A stretch of 64,000 nucleotides of DNA from Bilabrum cf. latius (GCA_965178125.1 OZ237754.1:186001-250000), one strand, 5' to 3'; counted from the first letter of the stretch, positions 10,801 through 23,672 are shown. Program-made: numbers and translations. Notes: generated by a model from the letters alone, not told the origin.

Positions 10801-13706
10801 GCGGACAGCGAGTTCGGGTTGGTCAAGTCGGTCTCTCCGGCGGCCTCGGACGCATGAGTGTTACCTGACTGCTATGCCCTATTCTAGCCGGTTGCAGATG
10901 GACTCGCGGCGGGTCGAGAGGACGTGAAGAGAGCGCTCTGACCTCCGATGCTCGGTGCCGCAACATGGGGCTTCTGGCCGACCTGCGAGGACACTGCGGC
11001 GAGAACGTCTTCGTTGCCTCGCTTGACCCTCTCGCCAGTCTATTCATGTTGCGGACTCCATGGCGTATACTTGGGCGCCTTTCCTCTAAGTACCTGGCTG
11101 AGCTCCTTGCGGACGATGGCAGTCATGACAGATGGGCGCCAGTACCGAGAGACCAGTTGGTGTGACTCCTCGGGCGATATGCTGAACAGCGTATTGCCTT
11201 CCAGGTCGCACACGGGTGCCCCCAGAGCCTCGAAAAGGTGCGAGACGCTCCGATCCACAAGCTCCGCCACGGCGTCACTCGCAGAGACGAGCGCGTCCGC
11301 GCGCTTGCTGAAGGTAATCGTGAAGGCGCCCTGCTGCCCCGCTCGAGCCAGTCGACCGAGCAACGACGGCTCCCACCTTCGCCGCAGCAGGGCAACAACG
11401 CTGTCCCGGTGCACCCTTCTGGCCTCCAGCTCTAGCTGCATCTTGTACTCGTCCGACTGCTTCAGTGCCGTCATTGCCTTCTTCGTTTTCAGTCGTGCTT
11501 CCTTCTATTTGGCTAGGCGAGCCTTTTCGGCTGCAGCGTGGGACGCATGGTACGAGTCGTGCTGCTCCGATAGATCAGTGACGCGGGCATCTATGCGGCG
11601 GCGCTTTGCCTTGCTCTAGACCTAGTGCAACACGGTCGCGTCGCCTGCACGCGAGCCTTTGGGACGCGAAGCTGCTAGCTCCACGTCTGAGTCGTCAGAA
11701 TCGCTGGGATTGAGGTCGATCATGATGCCCCCGCTTGGAGCCTTGGCCATGCTTGTGGACTTGCCCGCGCCCTAAAGCTACTTGCGCTGATCAGTTGCGC
11801 CCATGCCTGCTGCCGCTCGAGATCGCTTGACGCCTGCCTTCTCTGCAGCATTCGGGCCAATGCCCCTTGCGGCCACTCCATCCTCAGCATCGTCCGAAAG
11901 GTCAATCTCTAGGTTCTGTGCGCCTGTAGCACCCAGCGAGCCCACCTGTTCGGCCCTTTCCATCTGCTGCTACCCAGAAATGTCCGCCAATTTGAAGTCC
12001 AAATCAAAGGCCATGTCTTCTTCCGTAAGATCTCCCTCGCCCATCCCAAGACCGGCCGCAGCCTCCGCCCCTCGGGCCTCGTCCAGAGCATTTGCACCCA
12101 CATGCCCGAACTGCAGCATGCCACCGGCCTGCCCTTTCCCCCCCTGTGTGCCCCTTTCCAACGCGCGGGTCCGAGCAGCCCTCGCCTCCCCGAAAGCCTC
12201 GTTGCCCGCCTGCACCGCCACAGCCCGCTCCTTGGCGGCTGCCACCTGAGTGGCCAATGGCAGTGTCCCCGGCCGGCTCTTCACCCGCACCAGAGAGGAC
12301 GTGGCAGACTGGCCCCTTCTGCCCGAGATGGACGTGAGCTTGGATCGCCGCCTCTTGAAGCGATTCTTGATGGAAGGCATTAAGGAGGAAGACCCGGTGC
12401 CGGGCATGATGCCGGTAGCAGTGCCAGCCTTGCTTGACGATGACGAGGGGCGAGATGCCTACGGCTCACGAGCAAGCGCAAGACGTGCAGCCGCATCGGG
12501 TGGCTACGAAGAGGCGCTCGGGATCTCAATGGGGGAGGAGGAGGAAGGAACGGCTGCTTCTCGGCTGCTGTCGCTGCTGCTACCGGTGCTGCTTGTGCTG
12601 CCGGTGCCCTTGCTAGTGTTGCTGTCGCTGCTGCCCCCGGTGCTGCTCGTGCTGCCTTCAGAGCTGGTTTGCTGCCCGTCTCTACTCAAGTGGCTACGTT
12701 GCTTGCTACCAGCAGCAGTGGGGCTGTTCCGCACACCCTTCGACGAGAATGAGGTTGACGACGAAGATGATGCTCCAGCAGCTCGTCCTGATCTGGCTCC
12801 GCACTCCGTAGGGGCAGAACCTGATCCTTGCTTCCCGTTGTTGTTGACGGAGCGCTCCATGGCTGCATTTAGACTCATGCTGCCCTCCAGCACCTTAGCC
12901 ACCGGCGACCTGGGGCCGAGGACATCCAGTGACCCAGCTCCAGGCGACCGCACTGCCTGCATTGGCTGTCCCCCGCGCGTGCTGCCACTGTAGGAATCGC
13001 ATTCGAGCGGTTTCAGCCTATAGTCCGAGTCGAGCAATCCATCGGCATTGGAATAGACCGTGGCACTGCCGGCGGCACTCATGCTCGCACTCATGCTCGT
13101 TCCCTTGCCCTCGGTCCGACTGGAGGCGCTCGGCGGTGCCGACTGCCGAGCACCCCGCGAGTGCATGCGGCTGGCGGACACTGGCTCGGGATTTTCAGGT
13201 TCAATCTCTTGCTTGCTGTCTGCGGCAGGCATGGATAGCATGGGTCGGACGCTCTCCAGCTCGAGGCGCTGTGCCTTCCGCTCGGAGCGAGCACCTGCTC
13301 GGTGCGCACCAGAGGCTGAGGCAAGGCTCCGAGAGCGCTATGACCGCTCAGTTTCTCTAGTGTTCTGCTGGTTTGTTCCTGCTCCAGGCGTCTTGTAAGC
13401 AGATGCTGACTTGTGGGGCGAACGTGCCGACTTCACAGCCATTGCGGGCTTGCTCACAACTGTTGCAACTGCCTGCTGGGAGTTCCCGCCTGTTCTCGGA
13501 GACGTGTTACGGGCAAACTACTATGCACTCCTCGATACTGGACTGTTCGATATCCCAACGCGTGCGCGCGGAGACACCGCCCGCTTCGATGAGGATCTTG
13601 AGGAGCTTTTTGAGGCAGATTTAGGCGACTTGGCCGCGCTCTTCGGTTGCTTACCGCTCTTTGTAGGCGGTGATGCTGTACCTCCAAAAAGAGTGAGTTG
13701 CTTCAT
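7836..13706 (-). CDS. Large hypothetical protein (~1956 aa if TAG=Gln): disordered N-half, helical C-terminal region
   Basis: ORF-track fragments 13521-13706, 12504-13241, 11970-12407, 11778-11963, 11040-11474, 10122-10826, 9873-10073 and 7836-9716 share one frame and are separated only by ~17 TAGs (e.g. TAG-CAG-CAG at 11970). Single TGA at 7836. N-terminus MKQLTLFG. Confidence 0.75.
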
Positions 13707-14030
13707 ATTCTGCGCGGGACAACGGCTTGAAGTATATTGCAGTTCGAATCGGCGACAGCATCACGTCGTTCCCGGGCAGGTTTGGACTTCTTTACAGCGT
13801 ATTAAATTCATCGCTAGGCTCACCAACAAAAAAACGCTGACGTAAGATTACTAACAATAGAATAGTGATAACAACACTTTGTTATATCTCCGGGGCACTC
13901 GGCAAATTGATTTGCAAGGATTGAATTCGAAAATTGCTCGCAAGCGGAACTAGTCCGGCGCCGCGGACTCGGAGTAGTAATAAGTTCAGCGACCTTTATC
14001 CAGATTTTACTGCCGGTTCATACCTGAATC

Positions 14031-17000
14031 ATGTGCAAGCGTGACTTGGAACCACCGGATAATGCGTCATCATTAGTACACATATCAATTGGTACGTGCT
14101 ATTTAGCCGCAATAGGTAAGAGTACGCGAAAAGGATTGAGCTGTTGTTGTTGCCCACCCGTCACGTGTCAACTCTGCTGACACCGTGTCATTATTCGAAT
14201 AGATTTGCCTCTCCACAATTCGCAGGACTTGTGCTGCTTTTGCTGACCATTGCTGCATCGTGGTATCTTACGTTTTGGGTAGGTTACTGGGGTTGGCTGC
14301 TGTCAGTCCCTGTCGCTGTTTGGATCGTACCGGGATTTGCAGCGTTGTATGCGATCACTCGAGTGACAATCACGTCTGGATATCGTAAATGCGCCTCGAT
14401 TCGTGCGATACAGCTCGAGTCAGACGGCATGCCGGTGCTGGCTGGCAGCTCGGCCGGAGCGGGCGGTCGGCAGAGACTCGCATTGCTCGTACGCCCCCTT
14501 CCTATGGTTGGATTATCAAACGTTCTCTTCCAGTACGTTTACGGCAGATTAATGGCAACATTTTTGGGTCTTGATTTTGCCTGCGAGCGCCCAATCGGTA
14601 AGCCGTTCGCTGAGCTTCCTCTGTACGTGCCCTGCGATGCTTCCCCCTTGGGTTGCTCGCTCAACGAGGCCGCAGAGCGACAGGAGGAAAAGAGGTCTCG
14701 CCTTCGTCGGCGCTCCGCGAAGCTGGACCGCGTGCGCCCGGCCAGGATGCGTCGACAGGCCTCGAGGGAGGTGCCGGACCTTGCTGCCGTGGAGAGGGGT
14801 GCCATGAGGACGGCCAGGATGCTGAGGCAGTCCAGCCTCGATTCGCAGGCCAGCGCCAGCGCCAGTGCCAGCGATGGTGAAGACGAGTGCGACAGCCCAG
14901 GTCTGTCTGGCCCGGGAGCTGGCTAGGTCGTCCGTGGCGCCGTCGACAGGGATGCCCTCATGCCGTGGGCCATCGCAGCCGGTGAGATGTCCCTCCGTGC
15001 TGTGCGCAAGGCGGTCAGGGCCGCCCGCACTCGGCGGTGGGCAGCCTGCAGCTGGCTCTTTGGGCTGTGCCCCAACGTCGTAGACGTGGTTCACATGTGG
15101 TGCGTGATGCTGTTCCCTGGGTGGGGTCCTCTGTGGGCCCGAAAGCGGCCTCTGCTCGAGACGCTGTTTGACGAGGCTGCATCAACCCCCCAAGGGGTCA
15201 GGTTGCTGAGGAAACACGAGGAGCGGCTGGAGCAAGTGCTCCGGAGGGCCAAGAGGCGTGCTCACCGACAGGGAGGGCAAGAGAGGGACTGGGATTCCGC
15301 GTGTGGGCGCTTTGCAGCCGCGTGGAGGATCCCGCAGCCGACCGAGTACCTCGCCGAGCGTCGCTCAGGCTACATTGGCCCGACCATGGCCCATCACCCC
15401 GACTCGGATAAGCTGTTTGAGGTACCCGTTGAGATCGCTCGGTACTGCGAGGAAGCTGGGATGGCAGAGGTCAGGATCCGCAGGGCGCTGTCGACCCTGA
15501 CTGCGGCCCAGGTGCTGGACTGGCTCCGTCGGGACTCGCTCGAATTCGTGCAGGACTGGCAGCTGTACGGTGGCCCGTTCGCACCATTGGTGCGGGGCAT
15601 GCTGATGCCGGCCGTGGCTCGCAGGCTCCTTGTGCGGGCGGAAGAGATGGACGCGCGAGCCTTCGATTGCAGCGGAAACTGGTCCGACGAGCGCGACGAC
15701 AAGCACAGAGGCGGTGCGAACGGAGCCGGGAAGGATGAGGACGAGGACAATGGCGAGGAACAGACTGCCCTCGAGCTCCGTGGCCATCGCCGCGCTCCCA
15801 CGGTGGTTGTGCACGTGCGGCTGGGCGACATCGCGACCGGGGCGCACCCCTGCTACAAGCCGATGACGGCCTCTTTTGTGCTTGACGCGATCGAGGCCAT
15901 CACAAAGGGGCGTGCGCGCCAGTACTATCGCACGACCAGTCGTGAGAGAGAGAACAACCAGTCTAGCTACTACGACTCAAAGCAGTGGGAAGATAAGATT
16001 CCCGAGGCTCTCATCGTCACGACCGAGCCAGAGCACCCGGTCACTCTGAGCGCCCGCAAGGCACTCGAGGGGCTGGGCATGGAGGTGCGTCTGCAGGCCA
16101 AATCGGCCGAGGTGGACCTGCTAACGCTCATCGCCTCAAGGAACCTCGTGTGCTCCACCAGCACCTTTTCCTGGTGGGGCGCCTTTCTGGCCATGGATGG
16201 GAGCATGGCAGCTGCGCCCATGTACGGGGTCTTCGGGTCGTCCGCCTGCCGGCCCAACGTGTGGGGGTCCGAGATGCTCTGCAGGCAGCTAGGCGGCGGG
16301 CGGCGGCCCAGCCCCAGGGAACAGTGGCGGGCGGACGAGGAGGAGATGCAAGAGCTTGCGAACGTTCCTTGGTTGGCAGCCGCGGCCAGCGGTGACGTTG
16401 GTGCCAGCCCCGATTTCCGCGGGCTGCCCTCGTAGTACTTCGACAGGCACGGCCAGATCCTGCAGGGCGACCTCGTCGTGAGGCGGTGGGGCAGCCTGGC
16501 CATGCCTGTCGTGAACAAGGTGCGGCGCGCGGGGGTGGAGGCGGGGTACGGCAGCGGCGTCAGGGGCGGCCTCGCCAGGCCGTCAAACGCTGCCCAGAGA
16601 GAGGAGCCGGACCCGTCCGACCCCGAGGCGTGGCGCGACGTGCAGCTGAGCTCTGCCACGCCATGGGAGAAAACAGGCATGGGTTTCCTGTGGCTGGAGC
16701 TCCGCAGCACCATTCGGTGGGTGGAGGAGGCAAAGAAGGAGTCGTGGGACGTGGCAGGCATGGGCGAGGTGAGGCAGGCGAGGGCGAGGCTTGGGAGGGT
16801 GCGGGCGGGCGACACGGTGGAGTGGCCCGACCTGGAGCTGGAGGGACCGCTCCTGGGGGCAGGCAGCGGGGCCGATGGGTACGGTGGTGTGACGAGGGCT
16901 GAAGACTCGAAGGATGAAGATGAGCGGGGATTGGGGGATGGGCAGGACGAGCAGGGTGGGGAGGAGCATGCGCCCGCGAGATATCGCAAGCCTGCCAGGA

Positions 17001-17044
17001 TGAGGAGGGCCCCATCGAGGGCAAAGGGGCGGGTGAGGAAGTGA
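14031..17044 (+). CDS. Glycosyltransferase family 11 (alpha-1,2-fucosyltransferase-like) membrane protein, ~967 aa
   Basis: Exon 14031-14115, intron 14116-14225 (GTAAG...CGCAG), exon 14226-17044 crossing TAGs at 14924 and 16433. N-terminal TM segments. GT11 motifs GLSNVLFQY (before the first TAG), VVHVRLGD and STSTFSWWGAFL (after it). Ends in TGA. Confidence 0.8.
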
Positions 17045-17555
17045 TAGGCTCTGTAGCGACCTGCGATGGGCGCGGGGGGAGCAAATAGCGCGTTATGGGA
17101 CGTGTCCCGTCACGCGTATGGCTTGCTGCAAACAACGCTGCTCACGCAGAGTCACCCAGCGCAATGACACAGTAGCTGCTCCATATGTCAGCATTGGACG
17201 CTTCACTGCACTCCAACCGGCACCTCGCCTGCCACCAGCCTCTGCGACCGAGTGCGCGGCGCCGCCTTGCGACCGCGCGACGGAAACGGATCGACACGGC
17301 AAAACAATCTTGTGAGGCCCATCCAGCGGGAACAAGGTTATAGAAAGCCAGACACACTGTGCCCAAGGTTTCGTTACTCTCTTCATCCGTCACTGATATG
17401 CGTGAGTCTTGCGATGGGGCCGCTATCAGAAATCATCCAAAGATCACGCGCTATTTGTTACGGTACCTGTAGTCCACTGAATTGGCATAGTGACAGCGTG
17501 ACTGCATTGCTCATTAGCTTCTTGTTGCTTCCTTTCTAGTAACTTACGCGCAGCG

Positions 17556-18188
17556 ATGGTGTCTGAGCAGACTTTGCGCGGATGCGGTGTAACTTCAGCC
17601 GTTTCCTTTTGTAGCGTACATAGAATACTTCAGAGTGATGACGAAGGACAAGGAAATAATGATCCTGATGATGGTGGCCCAAGCGTCCCCATATTCGGTG
17701 TTATTCTTGCAGCATTAGCAGGGCTCATTCTGCTTGCCGTTGCGATGTATTGCTGCTTTCGGAGCCGAACAGAGTGTGCGTGCATGTACAGGAATGGTTG
17801 TTTGAAGGTCATCTGTATCGGGTGCCTGGGTTGCTAGTACTGCTGTCCGTCAAAGTCTCCGCGAAAGCGATTGTAGAAGGGAAACTTGAGCACGGAGGAG
17901 GACGGGGCTGTGACAATGGCTCAAATCATGCAAGTGAGTATCTAGCGCTGTAGTAGTTTACCAACTTGGCAAATCATGACGCTGTTGTGTGTTCTGGCGC
18001 GTTCATCGTGCAATTTACCAAGTCGCACCTACCTCCGCATCTTGCCCGCCCCGCCCCGCCCCGCCTTTTCCCCCCAGGGCTACGGGAGGGAAGCGAGCAG
18101 CGCCAGCATGGCAAATGGGAATGGTACCTCGGCTGATGTGAAGCAAACGCAGAATCCGGTGGATGCTGCTCTGGGTGGAGCCAAATGA
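17556..18188 (+). CDS. Small single-pass membrane protein with a Cys-rich juxtamembrane segment (5' end uncertain)
   Basis: TM segment IFGVILAALAGLILLAVAMY followed by CCFRSRTECAC...CIGCLGC. Frame continues through TAGs at 17835 and 17874 to intron 17934-18077 (GTGAGT...CCCCAG), then an in-frame last exon ending in TGA at 18186-18188. Confidence 0.55.
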
Positions 18189-18630
18189 TCGGGCCCAAGC
18201 CCCTATGTCTACTCGCGTCCAGCAGTGCCGACAGCTTCTATGCTGCCATTGCCTTACGATTCGCGGGCCTGTCGTGTGCGGGCCCGTAAGCGCTGTGTCC
18301 TCGGGCTGCCGGTACTGTGCGCGGGTGTATCTCCTGTTGTTGCTACACAGATTTTCCTCAGATGGACGCCTGATTCAACCATCCACGCGAGCCACGGGGC
18401 AGCTACCTGCATCAGTCAGTATCCGGCCCGGTTCCCCGTTAATCAGCCCTAGCCACCAGTGCATGTGACCACCTGAGACCACATGCACGGTTTTGTGCCA
18501 CACCCTGCTTCCTTGTTACCCCTATATCCCGCCCTTGTTCCTGCCGCCAGCATTCGATACAATTGTAAGGTGTAATTTGAGTGAAAATCGTAGTTGATGC
18601 CAAAGCAACTCGACGCAGTTTGGCAATACC

Positions 18631-19323
18631 ATGGCGCTAAGAAATAGCCTTGTCCGGTGTGCAAAGCTTTTGTCTAGACAGCATGCTTGTTCCCGTCCAG
18701 TTGCAGGTCTCGCAAGGATCGCTAGAAGCGGCACCGTCCTAGCCAGGGCAACCGCTGGTACCAGAAGATAGTTGCAGTCTAGTGCTGTCTTGTTTTGCGC
18801 AGAGGCTGCGAAGGATGAGACCACAGACGGTGCAGCTAGCAGCTAGACCGAGAGCGATGATCCAGATTTGGATGCCGAAGGTCGCTTGCCCGAGCCCGAG
18901 CTTGCCAGCAGAGCACAGTATTATCGCCTGCTGCTCTGGCATTGGGTGCGCGAAGACAAGTTCATGGAACGAAGAATAAGTCATATTACGGACCCCGCAC
19001 AGCTCGTTTTGGCCGTTTATTTCTTCGCCATCCATGGCCAGAAATGCGAACCACTCGTGAAGGCTGTCGAGGAGCGGTTGATCTCGGCGCTCAATGCCGT
19101 GGGAAAGGGTTCTAGCGAAGGACTAAAGCCAGAGTACATTGGACAGTTGACGTATGCTCTTGGTTTTCATAATTGCGCTTCCGAGGATATGTGGAAGGCC
19201 GTTCGGACGGCTCTTGGCTCCGTGAAGGACTCGTTGCCGTCCCACGTTCGGACCAACGCCAGCCGCGCCCTGATGCGTGCAGGCGACTCCGAGGCGGACG
19301 CACGAGCCCTAGTTGGACTTTGA
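18631..19323 (+). CDS. Hypothetical protein with a probable mitochondrial presequence (~230 aa), helical C-terminal domain
   Basis: Reading through TAG 18769 and 18844 extends ORF 18868-19323 to ATG 18631: MALRNSLVRCAKLLSRQHACSRPVAGLARIARSGTVLARATAGTRR(Q)LQSSAV. This leader is Arg/Ala/Ser-rich and free of acidic residues. Ends in TGA. Confidence 0.65.
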
Positions 19324-19452
19324 TGTGAACAGAATTATATTGAAACAGTGGAATGCGTGGAAAACTGCCCATTCGACGAGCAATCCGTACCTGCAATCCC
19401 CTCCCTCCAGCCGAGACTGCGGGCCAGGCGGTGGCAGGCGCCCCGCCAATCG

Positions 19453-22176
19453 TTATCGGCCCTGCTCTGTGGGCCCCGCCACCCGCATCACGCGTGCCCC
19501 ACCCTTGGTCTTGCCTGCCGCCTCTAGCGCACCTACCGCCCTTGTCAGCATCGCCTTGCCCTCCTCCCCTTGCGACTCAGCGGGCAGCGGCCCCAGCCCC
19601 TGGCCCCTCAGCCAACGGTAGAGCAGGGGCCTAACCAAGAAGGACAAGGACTCGAAGCTGTACAGCCCGTCCCCCTTGCGATATTTCCGCTCCGGATCCG
19701 TCGCCTCGAAGGTGGCCCTGGGTATGACCCGGCCCATTTGTTCCCCGAGGGCGAGGGGGTGGATGAGGTCGCACTTCCACCATAGCACGTAGGTCGGTAC
19801 CTTGACCAGGGGAAGGATCCCGCGGTGGTCCGTGTACGAGGCGTTGTACAGGACGAGGTGCGTCATGGCCCGAGGCATGGCCTCTGTCATCGAGCACGCG
19901 ATCCCGCCGCCCCACGACCACCCCATGACCACGACGGGGGCACCGGTCCCTCTTTCTCCCCTCTCGTCCACGATCCCGCTCTACATCAGCACCTCGTGAG
20001 TGATCTGAATCGGGCCACGGCGGTCAAGGTTTGTCTCGGATCGAGAACACCACCTGCGGCCAGGCGTGCGCCCGAACCCCGGGTGATCCACAGCCACGAC
20101 CCGCCACCCAGCCTCCTGCAGCCCCGCCCACATGTGCCTCTGATCCCTTGACCACGAGTGCGCCCCCCACCCGTGCAGAGTAATGAACACGGGGAGATCG
20201 TCCCGGGACCAGTCTCCCGCATAGTTAACGGCAACTTCCTGCCCCCAGCTCATCCTCACACGCCTCACCTCCCCGTACATGCAAGTGGCACCCTCCTTCG
20301 CGGCCGCCGCTGCCCTGGAGGAAGCCGTGCTGGAGGTGGAGCTCGTGCTGCGGCTGCGAGTCCTCCTGCCCTCGCCCCTCCCAGTCGCACCCACCGAGCT
20401 GCGAGCCGACCTCGCCGCCCGCCCCGTGCTCCGGCCCCTCGCAGCCCCCTTTCTCGATGCTCTTGCGGCAGCCTGCCTCTCCCTGGAGTAGGAAGAGGGC
20501 CGGCGGCGCTGCAGATGCGGAGGGACCGACGTGCTGCGTCGCCCGCGCCCCGACTCGCTCATCCCTGCAACGCGCCTGCTCGCACCAGCGCGCCGAGACA
20601 TGCTTGATCCGGCAGCCTGGGCGGCACCGGTGCTGGCCTCGGCTCCTGGACCCGCTGTCGACACGTCTCCCTCGGCCGAGCTAGACCCCGACTCCATGGA
20701 CCACGTCCCTGTGCCGCTCTCCTGTGTGCCCCCACCGTCATTTCTGCCCTAGCCGCCATCACCCGCCCCCGTGACAGCTCCGCCGGGGAACACATCCCGC
20801 TCTGCCTGCGCCGCTCCGCCCCCACCCCACAGGGACTCGCCGCCGAGAGGGACATATCGGCTTCTGGCCCTCACCGCCCGCTCCATGCCTGTGGACTCCG
20901 AGCTTGAGCCTGCCAGGCAGCGCAGTCGCGAGGGCCATGGGTTCTCAATGGTGTGACGAATAGCCGCCAGCATCATGTCCTCGTCATCCTGCGCCCCAGC
21001 CACACCGGCCGGAGTACCAGCCGATGCTGCCGTGCCCCCAATGATGCGCCTGCCTGCCCAAGGGTACGACTCTGGAGGAGGCCCCATGGGCAGAGAATCG
21101 AAAGACCAAGGGGGGCAGCCTGCTGTGCAGCGAGCTCCCATTGCAAATTCAGGTGCAGGTGCAGGTGCAGGTGCAGGTGCAGGTGCAGGTGCAGGTGCAG
21201 GTGCAGGTGCAGGTGCAGGTGCAGGTGCAGGTGCAGGTGCAGGTGCAGGTGCAGGTGCAGGCACCCGTATCCCACGCCTTGGGCCTTGCACACTGTCCCC
21301 TGACGCACTGCGGGCCCGGGCCCGTGCCCCCCCTGCAGCGGCACGCTCTAGAATGCCGGGGCGCGCGCTGCTGCTTGATGCAGCTGGACCAGCCGATGCA
21401 CCAGGTGCTCCACCAAGCGCCTTGTCACTCACTGCGGCTGGATGCGTCTCCGAGCGCCCGATGGCGCTATCATCGCTTCTGCAGATGGCGTCGAGCACCG
21501 CACCGCTGATGCTCTCGTAGTTCTTGCGCGATTTCTTGGCGCTGTAGGGCCCCGCGCTGAGCTCAATGTACCTGGACTGCTTGCCTATTGCCTTGTGCAC
21601 GGCTTTCGCCTGAGATGCCGGGTGGAACTGGTCTCGTTTCACTTGCAAGACGAGGCAGGGGCATTGGATCGCCCTCAGCTCGTCGGCCTGGAGGGTCCAG
21701 TTGCAGTGGAAGGCGGTGACTGAGCGAACCTAGCCCGGATTCGCGAGTGCAGCCGCCAGAGCCACGCCTCCTCCGTAATCGTATCCGATGAGGTGGGCCC
21801 TGGGTTTGATTGTCTCTTCTGGAATCACATCCATGCTCGCCTCAGCACCGCTGCTGGATGTGTTTGCGCCGACGGCAGATCCTTCGCCACCGAGCCAATC
21901 AATCACGTCAAACAAAGCCTCTACTGGTCCACCAGGCAGCCTGTGATATTCAGTTCTGGATGAGTACTTCTTGCCATCGGACAAGCCAAACCCAGGAAAA
22001 TCTATGGCGCAAACTCGGAAACCAAGTTCTGCGATCCTGGCCATGTAGGCTGACCAATTCAAACCAGATGCAGTTGGGCCGTAACCATGCAAGAGCATAA
22101 CAATTGGCCCATCATGCCGCCCCGATACGTACACATTTACCTTCCCAGCGCTCGACTTGACTTCGCGAGCCTCCAT
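19453..22176 (-). CDS. Protein with two alpha/beta-hydrolase domains joined by a low-complexity linker (~907 aa)
   Basis: Four same-frame ORFs joined by TAGs at 21730, 20749 and 19981. Domain 1: MLLHGYG, IDFPGFGLS, GYDYGG, DQFHP. Domain 2: ITLHGWG, VDHPGFGRT, GWSWGG, DLIHP. Two of the TAGs fall inside the domains. Ends in TAA. Confidence 0.85.
21150..21261. repeat. Perfect hexamer microsatellite (CAGGTG) x ~18, encoding (Ala-Pro)n in the hydrolase linker
   Basis: Directly visible uninterrupted tandem array; reads PAPAPA in the coding (minus) frame. Confidence 0.97.
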
Positions 22177-22618
22177 CGTATGCTGGCAGCAGGACTCGGA
22201 CTAAATCCTACGATGCCAGCTTCTCCAAGGTACGGTGGATTATGATCAAATTGGTCTTAAGTGGGTTGTAGACAAAGAATGTACTGTCAGTGGGCCCAAA
22301 TCTGCCGTTGAGACTCCGCAGGCGGAACCAAAGCCAGACCTACCACTGCCAGTGGTTTTGCGCGGCACCGTTCTTGGGGACTGTCGCACCGCCATCTTGG
22401 TTCCCCATGCGTTAGTGCAGCGCCCATCTTTCAGCCCCTCAGAAGCTTATCATCTCCAGGGATCCACACCTCAGTAAGCCGCGGCCTTGCGGTCAAGTCG
22501 CGCAGCCGGCAGGAAGCAGGACTCCAAACATTGGCATGTCTCTATTCCAAAAGCAAGCAAGCAAGCATGCATTATAATCTGTGCACTGTGCACTACCTGT
22601 TCATCCCCAGCCGATCAA

Positions 22619-23494
22619 TTAGATGGTTTCCGGGGCCCCTTTGCCGAATACTGTGACCGCGGCTGCTGCAGCGACCGCGGCTGCAGCAGCCACCGTGACC
22701 ATCCCGATCGATGCACCCGCTGCGCGGCCTGCGCCGTCAGGAAGCGTGAATTTCTCGTTGGGGCTGGGCTCGCTGGCGTTCCACCACATGGTCAGGCAGT
22801 TGATGGAGTCGTCAGTTTCAACTTTTTCCACGTACTGGAAGCTTTCGGCCCACATGGCGTTGCATAGCTCCCGGCCGTCTGCGTAGGTGTCTCCGAAGGT
22901 GACGCACGGCGAGTCCTCCTTGCAGCTGTACACGCCATTGTCGTCCACGTGGAATCCATTGAGCCAATCTTTGGCGCACGTAAGGTCGTCTCGGCAGGCA
23001 TCGAACCAGTTGTCGCAAAAGTCCCCGCAAATTGGCACGCGATCAATGGCCCACTCAGTGTCTCCCGGCCAGTATGCCACGCGAGGGCTGCACTGGTACA
23101 TACATTCCTCTGCAGCTCGGAGTAAATTCATACTAAAGATTCATAGCGTTATTATGCAGGCATTCATGCTCTACTATTCCGAACGCAACCAAGGTGCGAC
23201 GTCGTAGACGTGGCGCGTGCACTCACCGGCCAGCAAAAAGTGCTCGCATCTCTCTGAAATCGGACCGCAGTGCGCCCAGTCGAAGTTGTAAAGCCTTGTC
23301 GTATTGAATGTGGACACTTCCTGCATTAGTTCCAAGCTGCAGCAAGCATCGCGCTCGTAGGGGGGGCAGGAGCGCGCTGGGAACCCGCCTGTCCCAAAAT
23401 CCTGTGGCTAGCTCAGGTGCACTTCATTCGGAAGACATTTACCGCTGCTGGAAGCTGAGGCACTGCTTGCAAGGAGCGCAAGTTGGAGAAACAT
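22619..23494 (-). CDS. Folate-receptor / riboflavin-binding family protein, secreted and probably membrane- or GPI-anchored (~252 aa)
   Basis: Exon 23494-23227 (signal peptide MFLQLALLASSASA, then KCLPNEVHLS(TAG 23408)P...CPPYERDACCS...LYNFDWAHCG...CEHF). Intron 23226-23110. Exon 23109-22619 (ECMYQCSP, VPICGDFCDNWFDACRDDLTC, ELCNAMW). Hydrophobic C-terminus; ends in TAA. Confidence 0.88.
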
Positions 23495-23672
23495 GGCAAA
23501 GGGTGAAGATTAATCAACTGCAACTCGCGGTCCATTGCGGAACCTCAAATCTGACGAAACCGACAGCACCGCGCGGCGCCTATAACGCAGATCCTCAGAT
23601 CATCTACGTAATGAGAAGCTTCGCGACATGCGATAATCTAGGTTATCCATAAATATTCATCAGATTTGTCGC

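Noticed and set aside
20953-21520. ORFs with poly-(CR), poly-(HL), poly-(QV) and poly-(GA) tracts
   Set aside because: These are alternative-frame readings of the CAGGTG microsatellite; only the (AP)n frame is continuous with the hydrolase domains.
23321-23330. Apparent splice acceptor (CTAATGCAG, minus strand) in the folate-receptor-like gene
   Set aside because: The frame reads continuously through it as CCSLELMQEVST, matching the family pattern, so no intron is needed.
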